From positions 683,666 through 747,665 of the forward strand of contig CP066690.1 in assembly GCA_016432465.1 (NCBI GenBank): 64,000 nt of DNA. The letters run 5' to 3'. Both the position numbers and the translations under genes were made by a program. The notes below the pieces were generated by a model that searched no databases, was not told the origin of the DNA, and saw only the letters and a program-made list of their open reading frames with translations. Positions 37,498 to 46,456 of the stretch are shown piece after piece; the first letter of the stretch is position 1, and each line of letters opens with the position of its first letter. This stretch comes from Candidatus Sungiibacteriota bacterium (GTDB lineage Bacteria > Patescibacteriota > Minisyncoccia > Sungbacterales > HO2-52-23).

Positions 37498-38025
37498 ATG
37501 AGCACTAAAAACATTATTTTTCTGGTAGTTGTTATTTTGGCGGCTGCGGGACTCGCGGGTTTATTTCTGGTACAGCGGGGCGTAATCAATCCGCCCTCTC
37601 CGCAAACCAATAAGGCCGCCCCTGAATTTAGTTTTAACGATTACAACGGAAAGGAAGTAAAGCTTTCCGATTTTCGCGGAAAGCCGATATTGGTAAATGC
37701 TTGGGCCGCTTGGTGCCCGTTTTGTCGCGAGGAGCTGTCTGATTTTGCCAAAGTTAAAGAAGAGTTTGGCGGTAAATTTGAAGTTATTGCTATTGACCGC
37801 GCCGAACCGCTTGAGGTTGCCAAACGCTACTCGGACCAGCTCGGAGTTACGGAAAAGTTCGTTTTTCTTCTTGATCCGGCGGACTCCTTTTATCAGTCCA
37901 TAGGCGGTTTTTCTATGCCCGAGACGATTTTTGTGGATAAAGACGGCAAAACTGTTTTTCACAAGCGGGGTCCTATGAAGCAAGAAGAAATACGACGCAG
38001 AATACAGGAAAATTTTAATTTATAG
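37498..38025 (+). CDS. TlpA/ResA-like thioredoxin-fold thiol:disulfide oxidoreductase, membrane-anchored
   Basis: WCPFC active site. Confidence 0.7.
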   Translation: MSTKNIIFLVVVILAAAGLAGLFLVQRGVINPPSPQTNKAAPEFSFNDYNGKEVKLSDFRGKPILVNAWAAWCPFCREELSDFAKVKEEFGGKFEVIAIDRAEPLEVAKRYSDQLGVTEKFVFLLDPADSFYQSIGGFSMPETIFVDKDGKTVFHKRGPMKQEEIRRRIQENFNL

Positions 38026-38033
38026 TTATATTT

Positions 38034-38867
38034 ATGGATTTATCTCTCGTTATTCCGGCATTTATTGCTGGTATCCTGACATTTTTAGCTCCCTGCACCT
38101 TGCCTTTGGTGCCGGGTTATTTGGGCTTTATCAGCGGGGCCTCGCTGGAGGACTTAAAAGACCCGATGAAGGCGTCCACGGCCCGTCGTAAAATTTTTCG
38201 GAACGGTTTATTTTTTATTCTTGGATTTAGCGCCGTCTTTATTATTATGGGTACGTTAGTTGGATTTGTCGGAGCCTCTCTGCTTGCCCCTTACAGATTT
38301 TGGTTATCAAGAATTGGCGGCGTATTTGTTATTCTTTTCGGTCTTTTTATGCTTCACCCCGTTAGAAATCCGCCCCGCTTCTTAAGCGCGGCGGCAGCCG
38401 TCTTGGGGCGGCTTATTTCTAACGGGGTGAATGTTTTAAAAATTTCGTTTCTTGTTCGGGAAAAACAACTTAAGGCGCCGGGCGCATTGGAAAGAGGAAA
38501 GTCGCTAACTTCTTTTATATTAGGTTCGGCTTTTGCTTTTGGTTGGACTCCTTGCGTGGGGCCCATTCTTGGGTCCATTCTTCTTCTTGCTTCAACTTCA
38601 ACCACTGCGTTTCAGGGGTCTTTGCTTTTGGCTGTTTTTTCCGCAGGTCTTGCGGTTCCGTTTCTTCTGGTGGCACTGGGTATTGGTTCGGCCGCGAAAT
38701 TCATTTCCAAAATTTCTAAGTTTTTGAGCGTGGTATCTGTTATCGGCGGCCTTCTGCTTATTTTCTTGGGTATATTATTGCTTACGGGCAATATGGCCCT
38801 TCTGATTTCTTGGGGCTACCGTCTATTTCAATTCATCAACTATGAAAGGTTATTGGATTACTTATGA
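38034..38867 (+). CDS. ccdA: cytochrome c-type biogenesis/disulfide transporter CcdA (DsbD family)
   Basis: TM Cys pair (LAPCTLPLVP..., WTPCVGPILGSIL). A 71-nt palindromic insertion lies at 38357-38427. Confidence 0.75.
   Translation: MDLSLVIPAFIAGILTFLAPCTLPLVPGYLGFISGASLEDLKDPMKASTARRKIFRNGLFFILGFSAVFIIMGTLVGFVGASLLAPYRFWLSRIGGVFVILFGLFMLHPVRNPPRFLSAAAAVLGRLISNGVNVLKISFLVREKQLKAPGALERGKSLTSFILGSAFAFGWTPCVGPILGSILLLASTSTTAFQGSLLLAVFSAGLAVPFLLVALGIGSAAKFISKISKFLSVVSVIGGLLLIFLGILLLTGNMALLISWGYRLFQFINYERLLDYL
38357..38427 (+). repeat. CCCCGTTAGAAAT / ATTTCTAACGGGG palindromic element inserted within the ccdA coding sequence
   Basis: Arms at 38357-38369 and 38415-38427, with a nested CCGCCCC/GGGGCGG pair inside. 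Confidence 0.5.
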
Positions 38868-38927
38868 TAAAACCTTAGCCGTATAATCTTACGAGGCGAC
38901 GCCTCATAAGATCTCCGGATAAATTTT

Positions 38928-39518
38928 ATGGCAAAAAGATACGGACAATCGGTGAGCAATAAGACCTTGATTATAGGAGCGGTGATCATTTTCGCCGGAC
39001 TTATGATTTTTGTTGGTTTTTATAACAGGAATTCCCCTGCGGCTTCCGGAGGAGGCGTTCGTGGCAGTCAAAGTTCGCCCGGAAGTTATCAGGCGGCCGC
39101 GAGCGGCGGTGTTACATCAAAAAATCTTGCCCCCGATTTCACTTTATCAAAACTTGACGGGGGAACGATAAGTCTTGCCGAATTTCGCGGGAAAAAGCCG
39201 GTAGTTGTTGATTTTTGGGCTTCGTGGTGCCCCAATTGCCGCCGCGATATGTCAAATCTCAACCGCTTTTATGAAAACTATAAAGACCGGCTGGAGGTTA
39301 TCGCCGTAAATTTGCAGGAGTCTGAAGGAACGGTAAGGAATTTTATTGAGTCGCGCGGGTTTTCCTTTCCCGTAGCGCTTGACCCCTACGGCGGAGCTGG
39401 TCAGGCCTTTGGCATCCGCTACACCAATACCCACTTTCTTATTGATAAAAACGGGAAAATAGTTCGCGAAATACCGGGCGACATACGCGAAGCGGACTTT
39501 TTGTCGCTCCTGCAGTAA
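38928..39518 (+). CDS. TlpA-like thioredoxin-fold oxidoreductase 2, membrane-anchored
   Basis: WCPNC active site. Confidence 0.7.
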   Translation: MAKRYGQSVSNKTLIIGAVIIFAGLMIFVGFYNRNSPAASGGGVRGSQSSPGSYQAAASGGVTSKNLAPDFTLSKLDGGTISLAEFRGKKPVVVDFWASWCPNCRRDMSNLNRFYENYKDRLEVIAVNLQESEGTVRNFIESRGFSFPVALDPYGGAGQAFGIRYTNTHFLIDKNGKIVREIPGDIREADFLSLLQ

Positions 39519-39534
39519 CTTTTTAAATTCTTAT

Positions 39535-39924
39535 ATGAATCAAGTCGCCAAAAATATACTGACAAGATTAACCCCGGTCTTGGGGGCTGGTGCGGTCGGT
39601 GCGTGCCCGCTCTGTTGGATTGGTTCCGCGTCCCTCCTTACCTATCTTGGACTGGGCGCGCTAATTTCGGTGTGGCGATTGATGGCTTTTGTTTTACTTG
39701 GTATGAGCCTCATTGGTTTTATGTTTGATTATCGCTCCCATAAAAATCTGTCTCCCCTGCTATTTCTTGTGGTAGGCGGCATATTACTTTATCTCGGTCG
39801 GTACGTTTTTGGCGGAGCAGGCTTTGGCGGCTGGCAGATTTGGGGTCCGGGAGCAGTCCTTGTGCTTGCCGCGGTTATTTATAACAGACAACAATTTTAT
39901 AAAAAAAGGACACGAATATTATGA
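39535..39924 (+). CDS. small 4-TM membrane protein with an intramembrane CPLC motif (MerT/MerF-like thiol transporter?)
   Basis: GACPLCW in TM1. It lies immediately upstream of the MerA-like gene. Confidence 0.35.
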   Translation: MNQVAKNILTRLTPVLGAGAVGACPLCWIGSASLLTYLGLGALISVWRLMAFVLLGMSLIGFMFDYRSHKNLSPLLFLVVGGILLYLGRYVFGGAGFGGWQIWGPGAVLVLAAVIYNRQQFYKKRTRIL

Positions 39925-41390
39925 ACAAGTTTGATTACCAATTCATTATCATCGGAGGCGGCGCGGCTGGTTTTGCGGCAGCCATTAAGGCAGATTCTCT
40001 GAAGATTAAAACTTTAATGATATCGGGCGGCAAAGTGCCCTTGGGCGGCACCTGTATTAATGTCGGCTGTATGCCGTCAAAACGATTGCTTACCGCCGCA
40101 GAAGCCTATTGGAATGCCAAAAACAGCAAATTTGATGGAGTAAAAAGCGCCGCGCCGGAATTAAGTTTTGAAGAAGTCATAAAGTCAAAAGACGCTCTTA
40201 TCAACAAACTTCAGAGCAAGGCATATGCCGGCACTCTCAAATTTTTGGTTTATGTCACTCTCAAAGAGGGAGACCCCGAAGGAGTCGCTCCGCGACCCTA
40301 CGGGGCAGGCGCGAAATTTATTGATGAACACACAATCGAAGTAAATGGCGAGAAAATAACCGGAGAAAAGTTCCTTATCTCAACTGGTTCTTCCACATTC
40401 ATCCCGCCGATTTCTGGATTAATTAATGTAGATTATTTAACCAACATAGAAGCCTTGAGCTTAAAAGAATTGCCTAAATCAATGGTTATTTTAGGCGGCG
40501 GTCCTTTGGGGCTTGAATTCTCCCAGATTTACAATCGTTTCGGCACAAAAGTGACCGTTTTGCAGTCAGCGGACAGAATCGCTGATCGCGAAGAGCCGGA
40601 GTTATCAAACTTTCTGCAAAAGAAATTAGAAGAGGAGGGAATTACAATTCACACTTCCGCCCAAACAAAAAGCGTTAGTCGGCATGACGGTCTTATCGAG
40701 GTTCAAGCAGATGTGCGCGGTAAAGAAGTAATAATCAAGGCGGAAAAAATATTGGTAGCAACCGGAGTAAGAGCTAATACCCAACCTTTGAACCTCGAAA
40801 GCATCGGCGTCGGCATCGGTAAAAAAGGAGGAGTAGTAACCAACGAATTTTTGCAGACAGACCTTCCCCACGTATTCGCGGCCGGTGATGTTGTAGATCA
40901 GTATGGGGACGAAATTAATCCCAAATTAGAGACAACTGCCGGAAGAGAGGGTTTTGTTGCCGCGTCCAACCTTCTTGAAAATAAGGGTCTCAAAATGGAT
41001 TTTCGCTCAACTCCGCATGCTATTTTCACTGACCCGCCGCTCGTCAGCGTCGGCCTTACCGATGCCCAAGTCGTCAAGCAAAGCGGGCTTACCTGCAGCT
41101 GCCGCACCCTGAGCCTGGAGCTTGTTCCAAAAGCGCACATTTTGGAAGCGGCAGACGGCTTAATTAAAATGGCAATAGACGCCAAAACAGAGGAAGTTGT
41201 CGGTATTCACATGGCGGGAGCAAGAGCGGAAGAAGTTATTTCAATGGCAAGTTTTATCATCAAAAACAGAATGAAGCTGGACGATATTATTGAGAATACT
41301 TTTATTTTCCCGACTATGGCCGAATCAATTAAATGGGTCGCCCAATCCTTCAGGAAAGATGTCAGCAAGCTTTCCTGCTGTACGGAATAA
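39921..41390 (+). CDS. merA: mercuric reductase-like pyridine nucleotide-disulfide oxidoreductase (MerA core without the NmerA domain)
   Basis: GGTCINVGCMPSK redox-active disulfide and the C-terminal Cys pair (..KLSCCTE) typical of MerA. Confidence 0.6.
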   Translation: MNKFDYQFIIIGGGAAGFAAAIKADSLKIKTLMISGGKVPLGGTCINVGCMPSKRLLTAAEAYWNAKNSKFDGVKSAAPELSFEEVIKSKDALINKLQSKAYAGTLKFLVYVTLKEGDPEGVAPRPYGAGAKFIDEHTIEVNGEKITGEKFLISTGSSTFIPPISGLINVDYLTNIEALSLKELPKSMVILGGGPLGLEFSQIYNRFGTKVTVLQSADRIADREEPELSNFLQKKLEEEGITIHTSAQTKSVSRHDGLIEVQADVRGKEVIIKAEKILVATGVRANTQPLNLESIGVGIGKKGGVVTNEFLQTDLPHVFAAGDVVDQYGDEINPKLETTAGREGFVAASNLLENKGLKMDFRSTPHAIFTDPPLVSVGLTDAQVVKQSGLTCSCRTLSLELVPKAHILEAADGLIKMAIDAKTEEVVGIHMAGARAEEVISMASFIIKNRMKLDDIIENTFIFPTMAESIKWVAQSFRKDVSKLSCCTE

Positions 41391-41397
41391 ATATGAA

Positions 41398-41526
41398 CCC
41401 CGTTAGAAGTCTTGGGCAGAAAAATTTTATGAAAATTTTTCTGCGTGTATATCGCGGGAATTATCAAAATAACCATGAAAAACAACAACATAACACAAAG
41501 TGAGGACGCTCCGACTTCTAACGGGG
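41398..41526 (+). repeat. CCCCGTTAGAAGTC / GACTTCTAACGGGG palindromic element spanning the 5' end of the downstream redoxin gene
   Basis: Arms at 41398-41411 and 41513-41526. Confidence 0.5.
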
Positions 41527-41954
41527 TGAAAGCCCCGGAATTTATAACCGAAAATGAACAATGGCTCAATTCAGAGCCGCCGAAGATCGCTGATTTAAAA
41601 GGCAAGGTGGTTTTAATTAAATTTTGGACTTTTATGTGCTCTTGGTGCCAGCAGGATTTGCCGGGCATTATGGAGATTGAAAAGAAATACAAAGACAAGG
41701 GGTTGGTGGTAATCGGCATCCATTCCCCGGAAACAACTTTTGAGCGCGACGTAGAAGCATTAAAGAAACAAATGAAAGTTTTGAAAGTGGACTTTCCGGT
41801 TCTTACCGATAACGCAAGACAAAATTGGAAAGCATACAAAGTAGAAAACTGGCCGGCGTATTATTTAATTGACCGTGAAGGAAACATTGCTTTTAGCATT
41901 CTTGGTCCGGGAGTCGAGGACCAATTAGAAAATAAAATTAAAAATTTAATATAA
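41475..41954 (+). CDS. thioredoxin-fold redoxin (AhpC/TSA/TlpA-like)
   Basis: CSWC active site. The start is uncertain (41445 or 41475). Confidence 0.6.
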   Translation: MKNNNITQSEDAPTSNGVKAPEFITENEQWLNSEPPKIADLKGKVVLIKFWTFMCSWCQQDLPGIMEIEKKYKDKGLVVIGIHSPETTFERDVEALKKQMKVLKVDFPVLTDNARQNWKAYKVENWPAYYLIDREGNIAFSILGPGVEDQLENKIKNLI

Positions 41955-41958
41955 ATTT

Positions 41959-42207
41959 ATGGAACAAACGAATCACAAAATAACAATTTACGGTACATCC
42001 ACTTGTCAGTCATGCGCTCTCGCGAAAGAATATCTTCATTCTAAGAATTTTGAGTATGAATTTAAAAATGTCGGCGAGGACGCCGTGGCGCGGGAGGAGA
42101 TGATCGCCAAAAACGGCGGCATGCTTAGCACGCCAACAATTGAAATAGACGACAAAATTATTGTTGGTTTTGACAAGGGAAAAATAGACGCTCTTTTGGG
42201 AAATTAA
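41959..42207 (+). CDS. glutaredoxin/NrdH-like redoxin 2
   Basis: CQSC active site. Paralog of the protein at 35990-36238. Confidence 0.7.
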   Translation: MEQTNHKITIYGTSTCQSCALAKEYLHSKNFEYEFKNVGEDAVAREEMIAKNGGMLSTPTIEIDDKIIVGFDKGKIDALLGN

Positions 42208-42253
42208 TTCTCCAAAGTCGAACTATAGAGTAAAAAGCTGCTGTTAATTTACA

Positions 42254-42868
42254 ATGCCCAAAATCAATATTTTACAAATTGGAAAAGAGGTTCTAAAAAA
42301 CGAAGCAGACGCAATCCAAACCGTTGGAAAAAATCTTGACTCGTCTTTTATTAAAACAATTGAATTGTTGTACCACGCGAAAGGAAAAATCGTTCTTGCG
42401 GGAATCGGTAAATCCGGAATAGTGGCGCGGAAAATTGCCGCGACGCTTTCCAGCACCGGCACTTTCAGTCTATTTGTCCATCCGGTGGAAGCACTGCATG
42501 GAGATTTTGGTATGGTCCAGAAGGATGACGTCATTATAGTTATCTCTCACAGCGGGGAGACGCCGGAGGTAGTAAATTTTATAAATATTCTAAAGAGTCA
42601 CGGAAATAAAATTATCGCTATTACCGCGAATAAAACATCAACCATAGCTAAGCTCTCCGATATAATTCTTTTAACCCATGTAAAAGAAGAGGCTTGTAAA
42701 ATTTGTACCACTTTTAACTTAGCCCCAACGACAAGCGCGTTGGCGGAGTTGGCCTTGGGTGATGCAATGTCAAGCGCGCTTCAGGAGATGAAAGGGTTTA
42801 AACGAGAACATTTTATGAAATTTCACCCCGGAGGTACGCTTGGAAAATCAAAGATATTTAAAAAATAG
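42254..42868 (+). CDS. SIS-domain sugar-phosphate isomerase (KpsF/GutQ-like, no CBS domains)
   Basis: GIGKSG and SHSGET blocks. Confidence 0.7.
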   Translation: MPKINILQIGKEVLKNEADAIQTVGKNLDSSFIKTIELLYHAKGKIVLAGIGKSGIVARKIAATLSSTGTFSLFVHPVEALHGDFGMVQKDDVIIVISHSGETPEVVNFINILKSHGNKIIAITANKTSTIAKLSDIILLTHVKEEACKICTTFNLAPTTSALAELALGDAMSSALQEMKGFKREHFMKFHPGGTLGKSKIFKK

Positions 42869-42949
42869 ATTAAAATCCTTTTTCGTATTATGATTTCTAA
42901 CGGGTCAAGTTGTTGCGAAACACCACAATTTAATAAAGGGGGTGAGGAT

Positions 42950-44431
42950 ATGGAAGAGAATAAAACTGAAACACATGAAAAATCCGTGATCGCGCGGGAG
43001 CTTTGGTTTCAAGAAAACGAAAAAGAATTTATCGCAGAACACAGTATTGGCGCAACCATAAGAGCCGGCGACCGAACAGCGGAAACGACCGACCCCAAGG
43101 GCGGATATCGAGAAGGAGGATTTGTTACCTTGAAAATTCAAAAAGCTGACGGTAGCTTTGATCCCTTGGAGACAACGGTAGTGGTATACTCAGCTAAAAA
43201 AAAGGTGTTGGGAGAAATTAAGCCGGAAGATTTAGAAGGAACGCCATTGTCCCAGAAAACCAAAACAGCGCTCATTGAAAAATTAACGCGTCTTTACGGG
43301 AGAGATTTTACCGACAACGACACTGTTACGATTGTGCGGTTTGAATACGCAGATGATCTAAAGGAAGCTGGTAAGAAGATACTTGCATCTCTTCAGACCT
43401 TTGCTCAAAATGATTTACTCGAATTAAAAAACGGGCCTTTTCGTTTGGCCCCTGAATACAAGCCATCTGGTCTTACCCCTGAAAATATCAAAGGCCGGCC
43501 ACTTTCATTTATTATCGGTGAACAGCCCTCCGAGTATGCCGTCAGCCCCCTGATGTGGAATGCAGAATTCAAAATGAGGGGTTCAAATGGACTTTTTTTG
43601 CCCGTTGATATCGCCCCGGATAAAAAGGGTAATCTGAAAGAGTTTATTGATAAAATCGTTGAGATCGGAAATTTGGTTTTTCGTGTTTTGACTATTACCA
43701 ACCCCTACAAAATCGATGCCTTGCAGTACTTCAAAAATCTGCAAGAGAGATATCCTGATCGAGTGGATTTGAGCGAGGATGCTTTGCGTATTGGCGCTAC
43801 CAATCAAATACTAATCGGGCCTGATAACAAGTTTTACGTTATTAACTCCGATGGTCGCGGCATGGCAAATAGTATTGAGGAATTTCTTAGTGGTAAAAAC
43901 CGGGGAAATTTGGAGGCAAAACACGTTGGTCTGGTCGGCGCCGGCGGCGCTGCTCGGGGTATCGCTTATGAGGTTGCCAAGCGAATGGGTCCTCATGGTT
44001 TGCTGACAATATTTAACCGAACGCAGGAAAAGGCCGTAGCTCTGAAAGCGGAACTATCTAGCTATTTACCACAAACACCGATAGAAGCCCGGGGCCTCAA
44101 TGAACTGCCCGGTCAGGCGAAAGAACAGGAAATAATTATTTCGTCCATTACTGAGGGTGACCCTCTTTCCGATTCTGGTGTATATAAAACCCTTCCCCGG
44201 GGAATTTTGATTGTCGATGCTAATTATGGTCCTAAATCTATTATTGAACAAAAGGCGCATGAGGCAGGACGTGACGATCTTGACATTCATGATGGTGCCG
44301 GTATGGTCGTTGAGGGCTATATTATTGCATCACAAGAACTTTCGCGATTGTGGAAATATGAAGTTTCCAGGGAAGTGTATCGGGAGATCGGATTTGTGTT
44401 TGGTTATAGGAAGCGGGCTGCGAGTTCGTAA
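42950..44431 (+). CDS. shikimate dehydrogenase-like (AroE-family) domain fused to a roughly 195-aa N-terminal domain of unknown function
   Basis: SPLMWNA, TNPYK, NSDGRG and VGAGGAARGIAYEV Rossmann motif. Strong RBS GGGGGTGAGG before the ATG at 42950. Confidence 0.55.
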   Translation: MEENKTETHEKSVIARELWFQENEKEFIAEHSIGATIRAGDRTAETTDPKGGYREGGFVTLKIQKADGSFDPLETTVVVYSAKKKVLGEIKPEDLEGTPLSQKTKTALIEKLTRLYGRDFTDNDTVTIVRFEYADDLKEAGKKILASLQTFAQNDLLELKNGPFRLAPEYKPSGLTPENIKGRPLSFIIGEQPSEYAVSPLMWNAEFKMRGSNGLFLPVDIAPDKKGNLKEFIDKIVEIGNLVFRVLTITNPYKIDALQYFKNLQERYPDRVDLSEDALRIGATNQILIGPDNKFYVINSDGRGMANSIEEFLSGKNRGNLEAKHVGLVGAGGAARGIAYEVAKRMGPHGLLTIFNRTQEKAVALKAELSSYLPQTPIEARGLNELPGQAKEQEIIISSITEGDPLSDSGVYKTLPRGILIVDANYGPKSIIEQKAHEAGRDDLDIHDGAGMVVEGYIIASQELSRLWKYEVSREVYREIGFVFGYRKRAASS

Positions 44432-44531
44432 GTTTAAGAGCACTCTTTTTCAGTGCTCTTTTTAACTTGCTAATTCCGCAGCAGCTCTGCTGCGCGGTTA
44501 TTATGTAGGTATGGTATGATTAAGCAAACAT

Positions 44532-45503
44532 ATGATGTATGAGACAATAAAAAATTTATATTCCCAGTTTGAGTTTGAGCCGGTGGTTGAAAACCAAGAC
44601 CGGTTGAAGAAGTTTGATAAATTTATTGTAGTTGGTATGGGCGGCTCGCACTTGGCGGCGGATTTGATTAAAACTTGGAGGCCGTCTACGGCAATGATAA
44701 CCCATGAAGATTACGGCTTGCCGGGTATGGCAGAAAACGTTTTTCAAAACGCTTTGGTTATTCTTAGTTCTTATTCCGGCAATACGGAAGAGGTGCTGGC
44801 GTCTTACGAGATGGCTGGTGAAAGAGGATTTGCGCGCGCCGCGATTTCCATAGGCGGCAAGCTGCTTAAGCGAGCAAAAGAAGACGGAGTGCCGTATGTG
44901 CAGATTCCCGATACCGGGATTCAGCCGCGTTCTGCTCTCGGCTTTATGTTTAAGGGTCTGCTGAAGTTAATGGGTGAAGAAGAAGCGGTGCGGGAAGTAG
45001 GGGAACTTCATAAATCGTTTCATCCCGAAGAGTACGAGGAAAAAGGGAAGAAACTGGCTGAGAAAATTAAAGGGTATGTTCCTTTGATTTACGCATCTAC
45101 TAAAAATGAAGGTATTGCCAAAAATTGGCGAGTACGATTTCATGAGACCGCAAAAATACCTTCCTACTATGATGTGTTCCCGGAACTTAACCATAACGAG
45201 ATGACCAGTTTTGATGTGGTTGATTCAACGCGCCTCTTGGCTGAAAAATTTCATTTTATATTTCTCAAGGATTTAGAGGATCAGCCGCAGACTTTAAAAC
45301 GTATGGAAATTACGGAAAAATTGTACCGCGAGCGCGGTTTGCCGGTAGAAATTGTTGAGCTTGGCGGTCAAAGCGAGCTTCACAAAATTTTCGGGGCGAT
45401 TTCGCTGGCCGACTGGACTGCATATTATCTTGCCAAACATTACGGCACTGACCCCGAAGAGGTTCCGATGGTGGAGGAATTCAAGGGCTTGGTCCAAAAA
45501 TGA
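44532..45503 (+). CDS. SIS-domain phosphoglucose/phosphomannose isomerase-like protein
   Basis: FIVVGMGGSHLAADL and a second SIS half. Confidence 0.6.
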   Translation: MMYETIKNLYSQFEFEPVVENQDRLKKFDKFIVVGMGGSHLAADLIKTWRPSTAMITHEDYGLPGMAENVFQNALVILSSYSGNTEEVLASYEMAGERGFARAAISIGGKLLKRAKEDGVPYVQIPDTGIQPRSALGFMFKGLLKLMGEEEAVREVGELHKSFHPEEYEEKGKKLAEKIKGYVPLIYASTKNEGIAKNWRVRFHETAKIPSYYDVFPELNHNEMTSFDVVDSTRLLAEKFHFIFLKDLEDQPQTLKRMEITEKLYRERGLPVEIVELGGQSELHKIFGAISLADWTAYYLAKHYGTDPEEVPMVEEFKGLVQK

Positions 45504-45820
45504 AAATACAAATCCTACATAATAAATCATGTAATTTTTGGTTGATTGCCAAAAAAGAACTCGAAGAAATCCTCAAAGAAAAAGGAATTAGCGTTCCGAT
45601 TGAAGAGGTTTTAATATCTAATGATGAAGAAGCGGTCCAGTATCACTTTGCCGGCTCGCCGCAGATTATGATTAACGGAAAAGATATTGATCCTATGGCC
45701 GAGAAAATTACCAATTTTCACGAATCCGGCTGTCGTTTTTATCTTTGGAAAGATAAAGCGTACGAATATCCTCCGCGGGAGATGGTGGAGGAAGCAATAA
45801 AAACATCCCAACATACTTGA
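45500..45820 (+). CDS. hypothetical small protein, possibly thioredoxin-like fold
   Basis: ORF only, with weak resemblance. Confidence 0.3.
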   Translation: MKIQILHNKSCNFWLIAKKELEEILKEKGISVPIEEVLISNDEEAVQYHFAGSPQIMINGKDIDPMAEKITNFHESGCRFYLWKDKAYEYPPREMVEEAIKTSQHT

Positions 45821-46367
45821 GAATGTCAGGGTGTTGTGTGGAAGAAATATAAGAGATGTCACGGGAAGTGATATCTCGCAATCCCGTACCGTGTCGCCGA
45901 AGGCGACTCTGGTACCGGGATAAAAGGTGTCATGGGGGGTGGTTGCAAAGAAAAAGGCCCGTGTGACAGGCCTTGCGCGTTAGGAGGATTTAGGTTTCCA
46001 GAGAGGACAGCGAGTTACGGCGAGAGCCACGTTGTCTTCAACACAGACTTGGTAGAGCGCTTGAGCGATGCGACAGTTGTCTGGTTGGCCAGGCTTCAAA
46101 TTACCGCAGTTTAAGCAGAGACATTCGGATCGACGCAGTGATTCAGTGGTCGGGTTTATCCAAACATCATGACCATAGTGCGTTTCCTGCCTCGGCTGTT
46201 CTTTCATTGGAAACCTCCCTGTAGATCGGTTTTGGTTTAAAGATAACAGAGGGGGTATTGAATTGCAAGGCCCGCATGACATTTTCTATAATCCGACTAG
46301 CTTGAAAGGCTTATAACTGAAAATGTGGCTTAAAATATAGAAAATCCGTGCGTGACAGTATTTAAAA

Positions 46368-46431
46368 AGTAAAGGTGTCACATGACGCAGACCAGATACT
46401 CTTCTCTAATTCGCGCGAATAAGCGAATAGT
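46368..46431 (+). repeat. exact 64-bp direct repeat, copy 1 (agtaaaggtgtcacatgacgcagaccagatactcttctctaattcgcgcgaataagcgaatag)
   Basis: Identical to 46970-47033. Confidence 0.8.
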
Positions 46432-46456
46432 GTAAAAGAAATATAAAAGAGATGTC

